Shown piece after piece: positions 8,712-16,820 of a DNA stretch of 59,131 nucleotides (positions are counted from its first letter, which is position 1; every line of letters begins with the position of its first letter). Under the pieces are notes generated by a model. It did not search any database. It saw only the letters and a program-made list of their open reading frames with translations, and was not told where the DNA came from. The stretch spans positions 1 to 59,131 of IMG/VR virus record IMGVR_UViG_3300029183_000003; one strand, 5' to 3'. The translations under genes and the position numbers were made by a program. This DNA comes from a virus. Its lineage: Duplodnaviria > Caudoviricetes.

Positions 8712-9439
8712 TAGCTTGCCCTCCCTCGAATAGCCTCGCCTATATCCTGTCCGTCAATCTCGTTGCCAATCACATCCCATCCCAGCATTGGCCTACGTGC
8801 AAATAACTCAACCCGTGGCACGTTGCCATACAGCCGCTCAATGCGCTGATGAACCTCATCTGGCTTGCGGCTATGCTCGCTACGTGGCGCGATAACCAAC
8901 TGAGGTACGCTGTTATCGCAACGTCGTAGCCCCTTGCCTCGCGTTGCCAGCAAGCACATTTCTGGATTCGCCCTGGTATGGTATCCAAGGCCGAAGTGAA
9001 AGCCCGCACCGCTAGGATTTTGCTTGACCCACGTGAAGCCGACTGTTTTATACTCAAAGCCCCACGCCTCGATGACGCTGAATGCCTCTTGTAGTTTTGG
9101 ATCAGTGACCCACATAAACAGAATCGCGTTCTTTGCCGCTATATCAGCTACCGGCAGGGCGGCGATGTCTTCGGTGTTCATTACCGGATATGGGCTGCGA
9201 CCATTGCGCCGTGCCCATTTTTCGTCGCGCTTGGCTTGCTCGGACATAGACCAGTTGGCGTAGCGCCAAGGAGGGTCGCAAGCGATAACTGAGTAGCGCC
9301 CTGGTTCGATACGGGTTGCGTTTAGGCTACTGTCAGCCCATTGCTGGTGCTTCGGCGGCATCGTGTATACTGCGGTCATACAGCACCGCCTAATGTATTC
9401 AGTTGTCGAGATTGGGGATTGACGCAGAGATAGCGCCAT
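8711..9439 (-). CDS. MT-A70 family N6-adenine methyltransferase (start may be about 9379)
   Basis: DPPW, LFMWVT, WGFEYKT...WVK, EHSRKP, ELFARR. Confidence 0.92.
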   Translation of the reverse strand: MALSLRQSPISTTEYIRRCCMTAVYTMPPKHQQWADSSLNATRIEPGRYSVIACDPPWRYANWSMSEQAKRDEKWARRNGRSPYPVMNTEDIAALPVADIAAKNAILFMWVTDPKLQEAFSVIEAWGFEYKTVGFTWVKQNPSGAGFHFGLGYHTRANPEMCLLATRGKGLRRCDNSVPQLVIAPRSEHSRKPDEVHQRIERLYGNVPRVELFARRPMLGWDVIGNEIDGQDIGEAIRGRAS

Positions 9440-9524
9440 GGTAAAATCTTACGCAGAAATGTACGCATAAAGTATTTCTCCAAGCAACGCCTGAGCCGCC
9501 AAGCAAACGGGCGTTGTTTTCGGT

Positions 9525-9665
9525 TTAAAAAAGCGAAGGCCACTGGGAAAACTGTTGCTGAGACAGTTACGAGATTATCGTCCAGTGGCCTTCTATATTG
9601 AATTATAACTAAATTATTTAAAACAAAAAAATCTCGAAACGTCTCAGCATAAGAATCATAGCACA
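9525..9665 (-). promoter_or_regulatory. Promoter and structured leader with terminator (switch B)
   Basis: TGC-TATGAT (9663-9655). The 5' segment TGCTGAGACGTTTCGAGATT is complementary to the loop of hairpin 9535-9593, which is followed by a U-tract. Confidence 0.65.
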
Positions 9666-9843
9666 TTTCGACTATGATTGCAACAGATAATATGTTAAAA
9701 TTTTGCGTTGCGCGAATCGAGTTACAGATCATTGGTTAGTTGCCTTTGTTATGCTCGTACTTCTGCATTCTCGGTCTGAACACCTTCAGAGAGCTAACGT
9801 GTTTTAACTGTTGGGCGAATGGCGATAATCTCCATTTAATAAT

Positions 9844-9872
9844 TTGACACGTATTGCGTATTGCGGTACAAT
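9844..9872 (+). promoter_or_regulatory. Sigma70 promoter, leaderless, with operator-like repeats
   Basis: TTGACA-17-TACAAT with ATG 6 nt downstream; GTATTGC x2 and inverted GTATTG...CAATAC. Confidence 0.8.
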
Positions 9873-9878
9873 ACTTAT

Positions 9879-10040
9879 ATGAAACAAGCAACAAGTTTTC
9901 GGCTAAGTAAGGACGCATTGAGTCTGCTAAAGCAACTCTCTCAGGAGCTTGGTATATCACAAACCGCTGTTTTAGAGATGCTAATACGCCAGAGAGCCAA
10001 GCAAGAAGGATTGAGAGTTGATCGTAACCAAGACGCTTAA
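9879..10040 (+). CDS. Ribbon-helix-helix protein (53 aa, not in ORF track)
   Basis: MKQATSFRLSKDALSLLKQLSQELGISQTAVLEMLIRQRA: beta strand plus two helices with a G-x-S turn. Confidence 0.85.
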   Translation: MKQATSFRLSKDALSLLKQLSQELGISQTAVLEMLIRQRAKQEGLRVDRNQDA

Positions 10041-11187
10041 ATTCAGACTGTATCGTAGTAAGCAAGCCAAAAGCATCAATCAACAGATTGATATATCTGG
10101 TATTATTTACAATCACTGTATTAGCCTTCACAAGCGATACTACGCCCAGTATGGTCGCCATCTTTCTAAGTATCTCCTCCAAAAACATATTGCCCGACTT
10201 AAAAAGCGTTCTGAGTATGCGTTCTGGAAGTTGGTTGACGCTCAGGCTATTCAAAACATCGTAGAGCGTATTCAAGCAGGCTATGAATTGTTTTTCGAGA
10301 ACTTGAAGCGCGACATCAAAACCAACCCGCCTAAATTCAAGAAAGTTAAGCGGTATAAGTCCTTCACGCTGAAACAAACAAGCTGGAAACTGCTTGAAGG
10401 TAACAAGATCAAACTTCGCGGCAAGGTGTACAAGTTCGTTAAACACCGCGAGATTGAAGGCAAGATAAAGACGGTTACAGTCAAGCGGGACAACCTCGGC
10501 AACTTGTGGCTTTGCCTTGCGGTTAAACAAGAAATCGAGCCATCCGAATCCACGACGGGTAAAAGCGCGGGATTCGACTTTAGCTTGAAAACATTCCTTG
10601 TTTCTTCCGATGGTGAGGTCATCCAGTCGCCGGAGTTTCTCAAACGACATTCGAACCAACTTGCTAAAGCGCAACGTATCCTGAGTCGTAAGGCCAAAGG
10701 CTCCAAGGCGTGGAATCGGGCTAGATTGAACGTGGCTCGAATTCACAAGCGTATCACTGACAAACGTCGTGATTGGTTTTTCAAGTTGGCTCACCAGCTG
10801 ACCGATGAATACGATTACCTTTTCTTTGAAACCCTCAACCTCAAAGGGATGCAACGCATATGGGGGCGCAAGGTCAGCGACTTGGCTTTTAGCGACTTCC
10901 TGCTGATATTGAGATGGGTTGCCAAACTCAAAGGTAAGGTCGTTCATTTTATTGATCGTTGGTTTCCTTCAACCAAAACCTGCTCTTGTTGCGGTTACAT
11001 CAACCGCAATCTCACACTTAATGATCGCTGGTGGCGTTGTCCTGACTGTCAGGTTGTACACGACAGAGATAGTAACGCCGCTGTGAACATCTGGACTGAG
11101 GGCATTCAGTCCTTGGGCTTAGGGGATGTAAGACGCTCGCTTGCGAGTGCCGCCCTGCACGAAGCCCTAGAAGCCCACGCGCTTTAG
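10018..11187 (+). CDS. tnpB: TnpB RNA-guided endonuclease (TnpB-1)
   Basis: KFRLY N-terminus, RuvC-I GFDFSLK, RuvC-II FFETLN, CSCCG/CPDC zinc ribbon, RuvC-III DRDSNAAVNI. Confidence 0.95.
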   Translation: MIVTKTLKFRLYRSKQAKSINQQIDISGIIYNHCISLHKRYYAQYGRHLSKYLLQKHIARLKKRSEYAFWKLVDAQAIQNIVERIQAGYELFFENLKRDIKTNPPKFKKVKRYKSFTLKQTSWKLLEGNKIKLRGKVYKFVKHREIEGKIKTVTVKRDNLGNLWLCLAVKQEIEPSESTTGKSAGFDFSLKTFLVSSDGEVIQSPEFLKRHSNQLAKAQRILSRKAKGSKAWNRARLNVARIHKRITDKRRDWFFKLAHQLTDEYDYLFFETLNLKGMQRIWGRKVSDLAFSDFLLILRWVAKLKGKVVHFIDRWFPSTKTCSCCGYINRNLTLNDRWWRCPDCQVVHDRDSNAAVNIWTEGIQSLGLGDVRRSLASAALHEALEAHAL

Positions 11188-11224
11188 CCGTGGGAGTATG
11201 TCACTTCCCTCCCAGCGCCGCACG
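11050..11224 (+). ncRNA. Predicted omegaRNA of TnpB-1; guide about 11205-11224 (TTCCCTCCCAGCGCCGCACG)
   Basis: Right-end hairpin ending TCAC; the guide is flanking DNA by established IS605 biology. 5' boundary approximate. Confidence 0.65.
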
Positions 11225-11449
11225 CACGGCGGCCCGCGCTGCAACTTCCTCGTCGGCATCTAACACGCGGCGGTTGATTTGCTCCGCCAGCGTCTTGAGC
11301 GCCTCGGTTGTCGCGGCGTCTCTGCCAGCGATCCAGGCCGCGTATACGTTGTGTACCGTTAGCGCCTGGTCGGTGTTGTGGCGTTGGCTGTGTTGGTTCC
11401 ACCATTCGAGGAATTGGTTATCCATCATAATCCTCCGGCGCATCGCCAA
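11201..11449 (-). CDS. Hypothetical protein whose stop codon is supplied by the IS right end
   Basis: Its TGA is the reverse complement of TCA in the terminal TCAC. Confidence 0.6.
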   Translation of the reverse strand: MAMRRRIMMDNQFLEWWNQHSQRHNTDQALTVHNVYAAWIAGRDAATTEALKTLAEQINRRVLDADEEVAARAAVRAALGGK

Positions 11450-11712
11450 CTATATGCTTCTTCCACCATTTAGACCGCTTACCAATCGGCTGATCAAGCC
11501 ACAAGGCGATAATAAGGGCAACGCCTATCATAACTATTGCAATGCAAAAAAGCGTAATTATTACGACAAGTGCGTCATACATTCGTTGTACTCCTCAACT
11601 GTATACTCCCTAAACCCGCGCCTGTAGTGCCACCAGGCGTGCGCCCACAGGATGCCCACCGCCAGAATCGTAGCTACGTTGAACACGCCGCGCCACAGGC
11701 GGCGGATGGCTA

Positions 11713-11949
11713 TCATTCCACACCCCCAGCACGCGGCTTGAATATCACCGTCGCTGCGTCTCGCATTGCGGATTCCAATGTGCGTCCGTAGCCTAATGCT
11801 ATCCTGTTATCCTTGATCATCTTGCAGCCATATAGTGGCTGGCCGTCGCCATCGAACGGCTTGAAGAAATGCCAATCCCAGCCGCAGTGACCGATTTGCA
11901 ATAACAGGTTTATGTCGATATGGATTGGGGTGAATGGCTGATTGGTCAT
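11713..11949 (-). CDS. Hypothetical protein
   Basis: ATGA overlap with the VRR-NUC gene. Confidence 0.6.
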   Translation of the reverse strand: MTNQPFTPIHIDINLLLQIGHCGWDWHFFKPFDGDGQPLYGCKMIKDNRIALGYGRTLESAMRDAATVIFKPRAGGVE

Positions 11950-12311
11950 ACTGTCGCCTCGTATCCTAGATATGCTAGGATGCCGTTAGCGGCATCCTGC
12001 CAGTCCCAATAGACCTGATGGCAATAGCCCTGGTCAGTTAGTTGCGATTTCCACACCCGCTGATGAGCGGTGAGCAAATTTTTACCGTACTTCATCTCAA
12101 TCCACAACCCGTGATAATTGTTTCTAGCCACTGGCAAGAATATATCGGGAACCCCGGCGCGAACACCCTCCTGCTTGAGCCTGACAGCTGTACGCTTATG
12201 TCGGTGGCCGCCATTTGGGATGGCAAACATCAGAGACAACTCGCAGTACATGTCGCATTGCATCGCCGCCCAGTTGAACAGCGCTTTCTGGTGTTCGTGT
12301 TCGCTACTCAT
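11946..12311 (-). CDS. VRR-NUC domain nuclease
   Basis: SEHEHQ...FAIPNGG...GVRAGVPDIFL...IEMK...Q..W. Confidence 0.9.
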   Translation of the reverse strand: MSSEHEHQKALFNWAAMQCDMYCELSLMFAIPNGGHRHKRTAVRLKQEGVRAGVPDIFLPVARNNYHGLWIEMKYGKNLLTAHQRVWKSQLTDQGYCHQVYWDWQDAANGILAYLGYEATV

Positions 12312-12598
12312 CTTATCGCCACACACTCCCCATTCTCGAAATCCCATACCAAGCGGCCTGCGCCCTCGTAGCGCCCCGCCTGATTCCAACAGTCAACTAT
12401 CCGCGCCATCGTTTTGCCTTGTGGTGTATCGTCATCTCTGAAATGCGCGCTACCAATGGCAATACCAAACACGGTTAGCACGATAACCAACACCAACGTC
12501 ACCAACGCCGAATCACGAGGCGTTGGCATCGTTGTAGCGAACAGTGTGGATCGCTGCGGTTCGGCCTCGCGTACATCCAGTGTCTTGAGTGCCATCAC
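12308..12598 (-). CDS. Single-TM membrane protein
   Basis: LVTLVLVIVLTVFGIAIG helix; overlaps neighbours. Confidence 0.6.
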   Translation of the reverse strand: MMALKTLDVREAEPQRSTLFATTMPTPRDSALVTLVLVIVLTVFGIAIGSAHFRDDDTPQGKTMARIVDCWNQAGRYEGAGRLVWDFENGECVAIR

Positions 12599-12789
12599 GC
12601 CGACCTCAATTCCTTGACCACCTCGCGCATCAACAGATTGTCTTCAACATCGGCGGCGATGTTTGCCAACTCGCCTCGCGCCTGGTTGATTTCGCTGGGC
12701 TGCGAGCGTAACTTATCGCGTTGAAGGCGCAAGAAATCCGTCAAAATGTCGAGCCAGCTTTCGTTTTCGTCATTAACCGTTACTATCAT
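12595..12789 (-). CDS. Hypothetical protein
   Basis: AGGTG RBS. Confidence 0.6.
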   Translation of the reverse strand: MIVTVNDENESWLDILTDFLRLQRDKLRSQPSEINQARGELANIAADVEDNLLMREVVKELRSA

Positions 12790-12813
12790 ATTTCACCTAC
12801 TTCAAAAACTAAT

Positions 12814-12912
12814 TCGGCGGCGGAGCATCTTCGAGGTGCTACAGGAGATATTCCGAGGCTTGTTGCGGGGACAGTGGGATTAAGAATGTTCCTTGCTCCG
12901 CCCCGCCGCCGA
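12814..12912 (-). ncRNA. Hairpin RNA H3 with C/U-rich loop
   Basis: Stem TCGGCGGCGG..GGAGCA / TGCTCCGCCGCCGA; loop contains AUCUCCUGU. Confidence 0.5.
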
Positions 12913-12963
12913 TAATCGTGAGCGCCGTATGCTAGGTACAAGCAGTGTGGGACATACGGCTAT

Positions 12964-13116
12964 TGGGAACGCCCGGATTCGCACCAGGATCGGAAGGTAA
13001 ATACTAAGTCGTGGTCTCTCGAACCGTTCAGCCTTAACTCAAGAAACCTTCAGAGAACATCTATATTTGATTGTGTCCGATGCGGCCTGCGCTGCCGATA
13101 GCTCGCCGCCGTTCCC
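12964..13116 (-). ncRNA. tRNA-like element T2 (153 nt; about 80-nt insert replaces the anticodon arm)
   Basis: Acceptor GGGAACG/CGTTCCC-A, T-arm CCTGG-TGCGAAT-CCGGG, D-like stem GCGGC/GCCGC, stem TCGGA/TCCGA. Confidence 0.7.
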
Positions 13117-13124
13117 ATATAAGG

Positions 13125-13205
13125 CGGCATCTGTGGCAAGAGAGAAAAACATACGGTTTACCAACATACAAAAGGAGGGAGATCAAGTGGTTGCCACAGA
13201 TGCCG
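13125..13205 (-). ncRNA. Hairpin RNA H1 with anti-Shine-Dalgarno loop
   Basis: 15-bp perfect stem CGGCATCTGTGGCAA/TTGCCACAGATGCCG; loop contains CUCCCUCCUUUU. Confidence 0.6.
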
Positions 13206-13207
13206 AG

Positions 13208-13303
13208 TAAGAGTGTTCGGAATCGAACCGAATAACCGTGCCAGTCAAGAGCCTATGTTCCACTGGCTATGTTGTATCTAACACGCGCACCAGCGCCACT
13301 CTT
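13208..13303 (-). ncRNA. tRNA-like element T1 (non-canonical anticodon arm, long extra arm)
   Basis: Acceptor AAGAGTG/CACTCTT, T-arm TTCGG-TTCGATT-CCGAA, D-arm GCGC-TGGT-GCGC, arm GCCAGT/ACTGGC. Confidence 0.7.
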
Positions 13304-13320
13304 GCACATTTGCAATAACG

Positions 13321-13548
13321 CTATCCTGCATCGTACAGCCTATGTCCATCGTTGTCCTCACGCGGCTGCACGTTCTCAGGTAGCGAGTCATCCCATTTGA
13401 ATCTGGGTTGAAAGTCGCCATCGCCATCCGAATAAAGCGTAACACGACGGCTACTACCCATCCGCCCTAAGCGTTCCATATAACGCAATGTTGCAAGAAA
13501 ATGTGGAACCCAACGTTCTTTCATTTCGCATTCAATTGTAAATTTCAC
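13321..13548 (-). CDS. Conserved phage hypothetical protein (GTG start)
   Basis: AGGAG RBS; MKERWVPHFL...GSSR...YSDGDGDFQP. Confidence 0.7.
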   Translation of the reverse strand: MKFTIECEMKERWVPHFLATLRYMERLGRMGSSRRVTLYSDGDGDFQPRFKWDDSLPENVQPREDNDGHRLYDAG

Positions 13549-13613
13549 AGCATTCTCCTGGTGTAAGTTTTTTGCCTGTACCGCCTCGCTGTCGGTTGCG
13601 AGGCCGCCCGCTC

Positions 13614-15029
13614 CTATAGATATGCCCAAATATGGACATCAGGTGATTCGCTCACTGTTGATGTCTCGTTGCCGAGTGTGCAACTAGTGTCTTGGTTGAG
13701 CGGTCCCAACCGTTTGAATTGCTCGGTACGTTCTAGTAGAACTTTCTTGACCTTTTTATACGGCGTGTATAATCCGATCTCAGGATCATTCAGTCGAGCC
13801 AAGATATTCCGAGCCGCATTTGTATCAGCATCCAATACCACCCCATCAAATGTGGTGAAACGGTCTCCGTTACGCTCGCCCAAAAGGATGCCGTAACGCG
13901 AGTCCGTTTGTGAGGTATAAGCTGCATTTACAATGGAAAGAGACGCACCGCGTCTCTGAGATACCGAATCTAGCGCCTCTGCCATCAACCCTTTGACCCA
14001 AACGGACAACCTGCGCTTTTGGTCTTTACGATATTTCTTCTTTGACTTGATTGGGGCAGTTAAATCTTCCACAACAACCGTACTGGCTTTGTCCACCACG
14101 CTATGGGTAGCCTTATAGACCTTATCTCGCACATTCTGCGCATGACGCTTCTTACGGGCGTCTAGCTTTTTACGACCAAGATTGTTGCGTTCTATTTTTT
14201 TTCGTTTGTGTGGTGGTGATTTTTTGGCAATAGCGTGGAGTTTGCCACGCCGTTGGTATTTCACCTTGAGGTAATCTGATTCAGCACTAAGCATCTTGCC
14301 TAAACCCTCGCCGTGAGCCTTGCCATCTGAATCGGTAAAAGTTTCGGTATAGCCCTTATCTACCCCAACAGTATCTTCACCGCAAGGCTTGATGCTGCAA
14401 ACATCGACTGAATCGACGCTGTAATGAACTTCTACGCGGTTGTCTTTGAGGATAAGGCGTAACGTACCAGAAGGAGCGACCGTAGTATTAAGCGGAATGG
14501 CGATGCGCTTACCACGCTCCAAGCTCATCACCTTGATCCACGCCTTACCACCTAACTCAAAGACGTTGTACAGTTCAGGATCAAGGACTATCTGGTTATC
14601 GACTTGGGTATGCCCGTGTTTGAAATGCTTACGCATCTGACGACGTAGGTAGCTATCTTCTAGCCACTTATCAGACTTAAGCAAGGTATACAGTCGCTTG
14701 CGCTCTTCGTCATCCTCGGCGCGATTCCGTATGGCCTTACGTACCTGAAACTTCGCGGCTTCTCGATATGCCTTAATGTCACTGGCGACATCCAATACTG
14801 TTGTCGCCCACAGCTTGTATGGCAAGCTGTCAGTTCTCTGCGGTTTAAGTTCTGCGCGAATATCACGGGCGGATTTACCCACGCCTTGTACTGATCCGTA
14901 CCTATGCCATACATCGCGGCGTATTGGCGCAAGCATTGTGGCTATCTGTCCAAGTTGGGTGTACTTCGATTCGGTTAGATTCTTGCTATACGCTATCCGC
15001 GTAACTTTCGCGGTCTTACTTCGTGACAT
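13614..15029 (-). CDS. tnpB: Long TnpB-like RuvC nuclease (TnpB-2) without zinc-ribbon cysteines
   Basis: RuvC-I GVDKG, RuvC-II VVEDL, AAYTSQ, RuvC-III DADTNAARNI. Confidence 0.88.
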   Translation of the reverse strand: MSRSKTAKVTRIAYSKNLTESKYTQLGQIATMLAPIRRDVWHRYGSVQGVGKSARDIRAELKPQRTDSLPYKLWATTVLDVASDIKAYREAAKFQVRKAIRNRAEDDEERKRLYTLLKSDKWLEDSYLRRQMRKHFKHGHTQVDNQIVLDPELYNVFELGGKAWIKVMSLERGKRIAIPLNTTVAPSGTLRLILKDNRVEVHYSVDSVDVCSIKPCGEDTVGVDKGYTETFTDSDGKAHGEGLGKMLSAESDYLKVKYQRRGKLHAIAKKSPPHKRKKIERNNLGRKKLDARKKRHAQNVRDKVYKATHSVVDKASTVVVEDLTAPIKSKKKYRKDQKRRLSVWVKGLMAEALDSVSQRRGASLSIVNAAYTSQTDSRYGILLGERNGDRFTTFDGVVLDADTNAARNILARLNDPEIGLYTPYKKVKKVLLERTEQFKRLGPLNQDTSCTLGNETSTVSESPDVHIWAYL

Positions 15030-15050
15030 TAAAAAGCCCCTGTGAACTTA

Positions 15051-15260
15051 CTAGCCGTCGTTTTCTTTGCAGTTGCCCATTGCTTCATCCTCCGTTGGCG
15101 GCATTGCAAACAATCCGATATGAACAGCACGGGATAACGCAGCACGCACAAAGACGGGCCTGTCTAAATTGTGCCGCTTTGCGGCTTGCTTGACCGCTTC
15201 GTCCAACATTTCGGGCAATCTAATTGTCATTACCGCTTTCATATTTTCTCTGTCTTCCAT
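15051..15260 (-). CDS. Ribbon-helix-helix protein
   Basis: AVMTIRLPEMLDEAVKQAAKRHNLDRPVFVRAAL; AGGAGG RBS. Confidence 0.8.
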   Translation of the reverse strand: MEDRENMKAVMTIRLPEMLDEAVKQAAKRHNLDRPVFVRAALSRAVHIGLFAMPPTEDEAMGNCKENDG

Positions 15261-15315
15261 TCGTTGCCGCCCTCCTGAATTTATATGAATTCTCTAATTA
15301 TTTCTAACTTTTTAC

Positions 15316-15442
15316 TTGACAACTCATAGACTCTGGTGAATAATATCAAACGATCTCATGCGAAAGTACCGTGGTACTATTTGACGTTACCTAGATATAA
15401 CCCTAAAATAAGTTGACAGCCGAGTCTCTGCTCGGTTATTAT
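15316..15442 (+). promoter_or_regulatory. Three tandem sigma70-like promoters
   Basis: TTGACA-17-AATAAT (15316), TTGACG-17-TAAAAT (15381), TTGACA-18-TATTAT (15413). Confidence 0.6.
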
Positions 15443-15518
15443 GAAAGTGGCGGTTCGTTCTTTTTAGCACAAAGGCCATACGGTTTGAATGCAAAAGGCT
15501 TATCGCTCTTTTCCTTTG

Positions 15519-15564
15519 GATGATCCACAATTACTCTTGCCGGAGGGGTGGGTCATCCTTTTTT
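15519..15564 (+). terminator. Intrinsic terminator
   Basis: GGATGATCCAC...GTGGGTCATCC followed by TTTTTT. Confidence 0.7.
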
Positions 15565-15611
15565 ATTGGGGATAAAGAGGGTCTCTTTATCTGGTATCTC
15601 GACTAAAATTT

Positions 15612-15674
15612 AAAACAAAAATCGCCATACAACGCCAGTAAACCACATCAGTGGTCAATTAGCGTTGTATGGCG
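15612..15674 (-). terminator. Intrinsic terminator of a minus-strand leader/sRNA
   Basis: TCGCCATACAACGC...GCGTTGTATGGCGA followed by TTTTTGTTTT. Confidence 0.7.
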
Positions 15675-15796
15675 AGGATGCGAAGGAATCGCTGTAACAT
15701 CCGTTTGGGCTGGGTCGCTGGACGCCCCGGCGTCGTGGTCTGCCTCGTATGGTGATCCTGCGTAGTACTAATAATCATAGCAAATAAATCCACGAT

Positions 15797-16297
15797 TTAC
15801 AAGTTCCATTTACTTAAGGTTTTGCGATACAACCTTTTGCTTTCACGCTTCAACAACTTGATTTGCTCAGACAATATAAAATCATCAAACCTATCATATC
15901 GAGCCTCGCGTTGCAGTAACCCGTGATGCCGTCGTGCTTCCCTAATTTCAATCGCTTTGGCGCATTTTCCCACTTGAGCAACGCACATTTTCTCTTGCAC
16001 TTCTAGCAACCCACCGATGACTCTGCCACTGGCGATAAAGAAATCGCCGTTCTCTGGCTTATCATTCACCTCTACGACATATGGTAATTTGACTGTATAG
16101 ACCTCACCGCGCTTGGCTATAATATCAAATGACCAGCCGTTCGATTCACGTGCTGGTTCTGTGATAATGTAACCCTCAAGAATTTCGACGAAAGTATCAC
16201 GAAGAAGGTCTAATTTTGTCGGTGATATTTGCCCCGTTACCATTCTGTATATGTTCGCTCGTTCGACAGTAATGTCGCCCCCGGCGATGTTTTGCAC
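15797..16297 (-). CDS. Hypothetical protein
   Basis: 166-aa ORF with GGAAGG upstream. Confidence 0.6.
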   Translation of the reverse strand: MQNIAGGDITVERANIYRMVTGQISPTKLDLLRDTFVEILEGYIITEPARESNGWSFDIIAKRGEVYTVKLPYVVEVNDKPENGDFFIASGRVIGGLLEVQEKMCVAQVGKCAKAIEIREARRHHGLLQREARYDRFDDFILSEQIKLLKRESKRLYRKTLSKWNL

Positions 16298-16509
16298 TTG
16301 TCTGAAACAACCTTCCCGTAAATAGAATACGGTTTAATCAGGACTTTCGGTATAGGAAATCGGTCATGGTGATGAAAGTGAGAGATTGATGAGAGAAGAG
16401 TGAGAGACTGCGAAAAGGCGTTGGTTTTAGTTGGCTCGGTACTCTGACCAATACCGAGAAAGGGGGCAATCTGTATAAATTATAGCACAAAATGTTGCGA
16501 CCCGCAATG

Positions 16510-16734
16510 TCACAAGGCTTTATTTTTAGGACGATAGCGCATAGCAGTCTCACGATCTATTAGCCAGTTGTTTACGCCTGCCGTGGTGCGCCTAGCCTTT
16601 CCTTGCGATAGCCAATAAGTCGAACACATCCTACGAATTGTCTGAGGGCTTACATCGTGAAGGGCAGCAACTTCGCTTCCTGTCATAACCTCGTTAAGAC
16701 AATTGCGAGAATTTGATTTTTCATCTTGCGTCAT
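16510..16734 (-). CDS. HTH DNA-binding protein (excisionase/MerR-like)
   Basis: VMTGSEVAALHDVSPQTIRRMC...WLIDRE. Confidence 0.8.
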   Translation of the reverse strand: MTQDEKSNSRNCLNEVMTGSEVAALHDVSPQTIRRMCSTYWLSQGKARRTTAGVNNWLIDRETAMRYRPKNKAL

Positions 16735-16820
16735 CTCCGCCGCCTCGGTTGTATTGATTTATGGATGGTTTCTTCCCTGCCCCAATTCTACCCCAACCCT
16801 GCCTCCGACGCAACCCCGCC

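Larger units (their letters stand above)
9840..11204 (+). mobile_element. Non-autonomous IS200/IS605-family (IS1341-like) element carrying RHH + tnpB
   Basis: Preceded by TTTAA (9835-9839); right end GAAGCCCACGCGCTTTAGCCGTGGGAGTATGTCAC; lies opposite to the host operon; no tnpA. Confidence 0.8.

Noticed and set aside
9455-9705. dif/Xer site (TGTACGCATAA; ATATGTTAAAA)
   Set aside because: The two half-site look-alikes are about 220 bp apart rather than 6 bp.
9736-10947. 403-aa minus-strand ORF
   Set aside because: Antisense shadow of tnpB and the RHH gene, with no motifs of its own.
12964-13116. tmRNA or canonical tRNA
   Set aside because: No G3-U70 pair, too short for a tag ORF plus pseudoknots, and no 7-nt anticodon loop; kept as tRNA-like.
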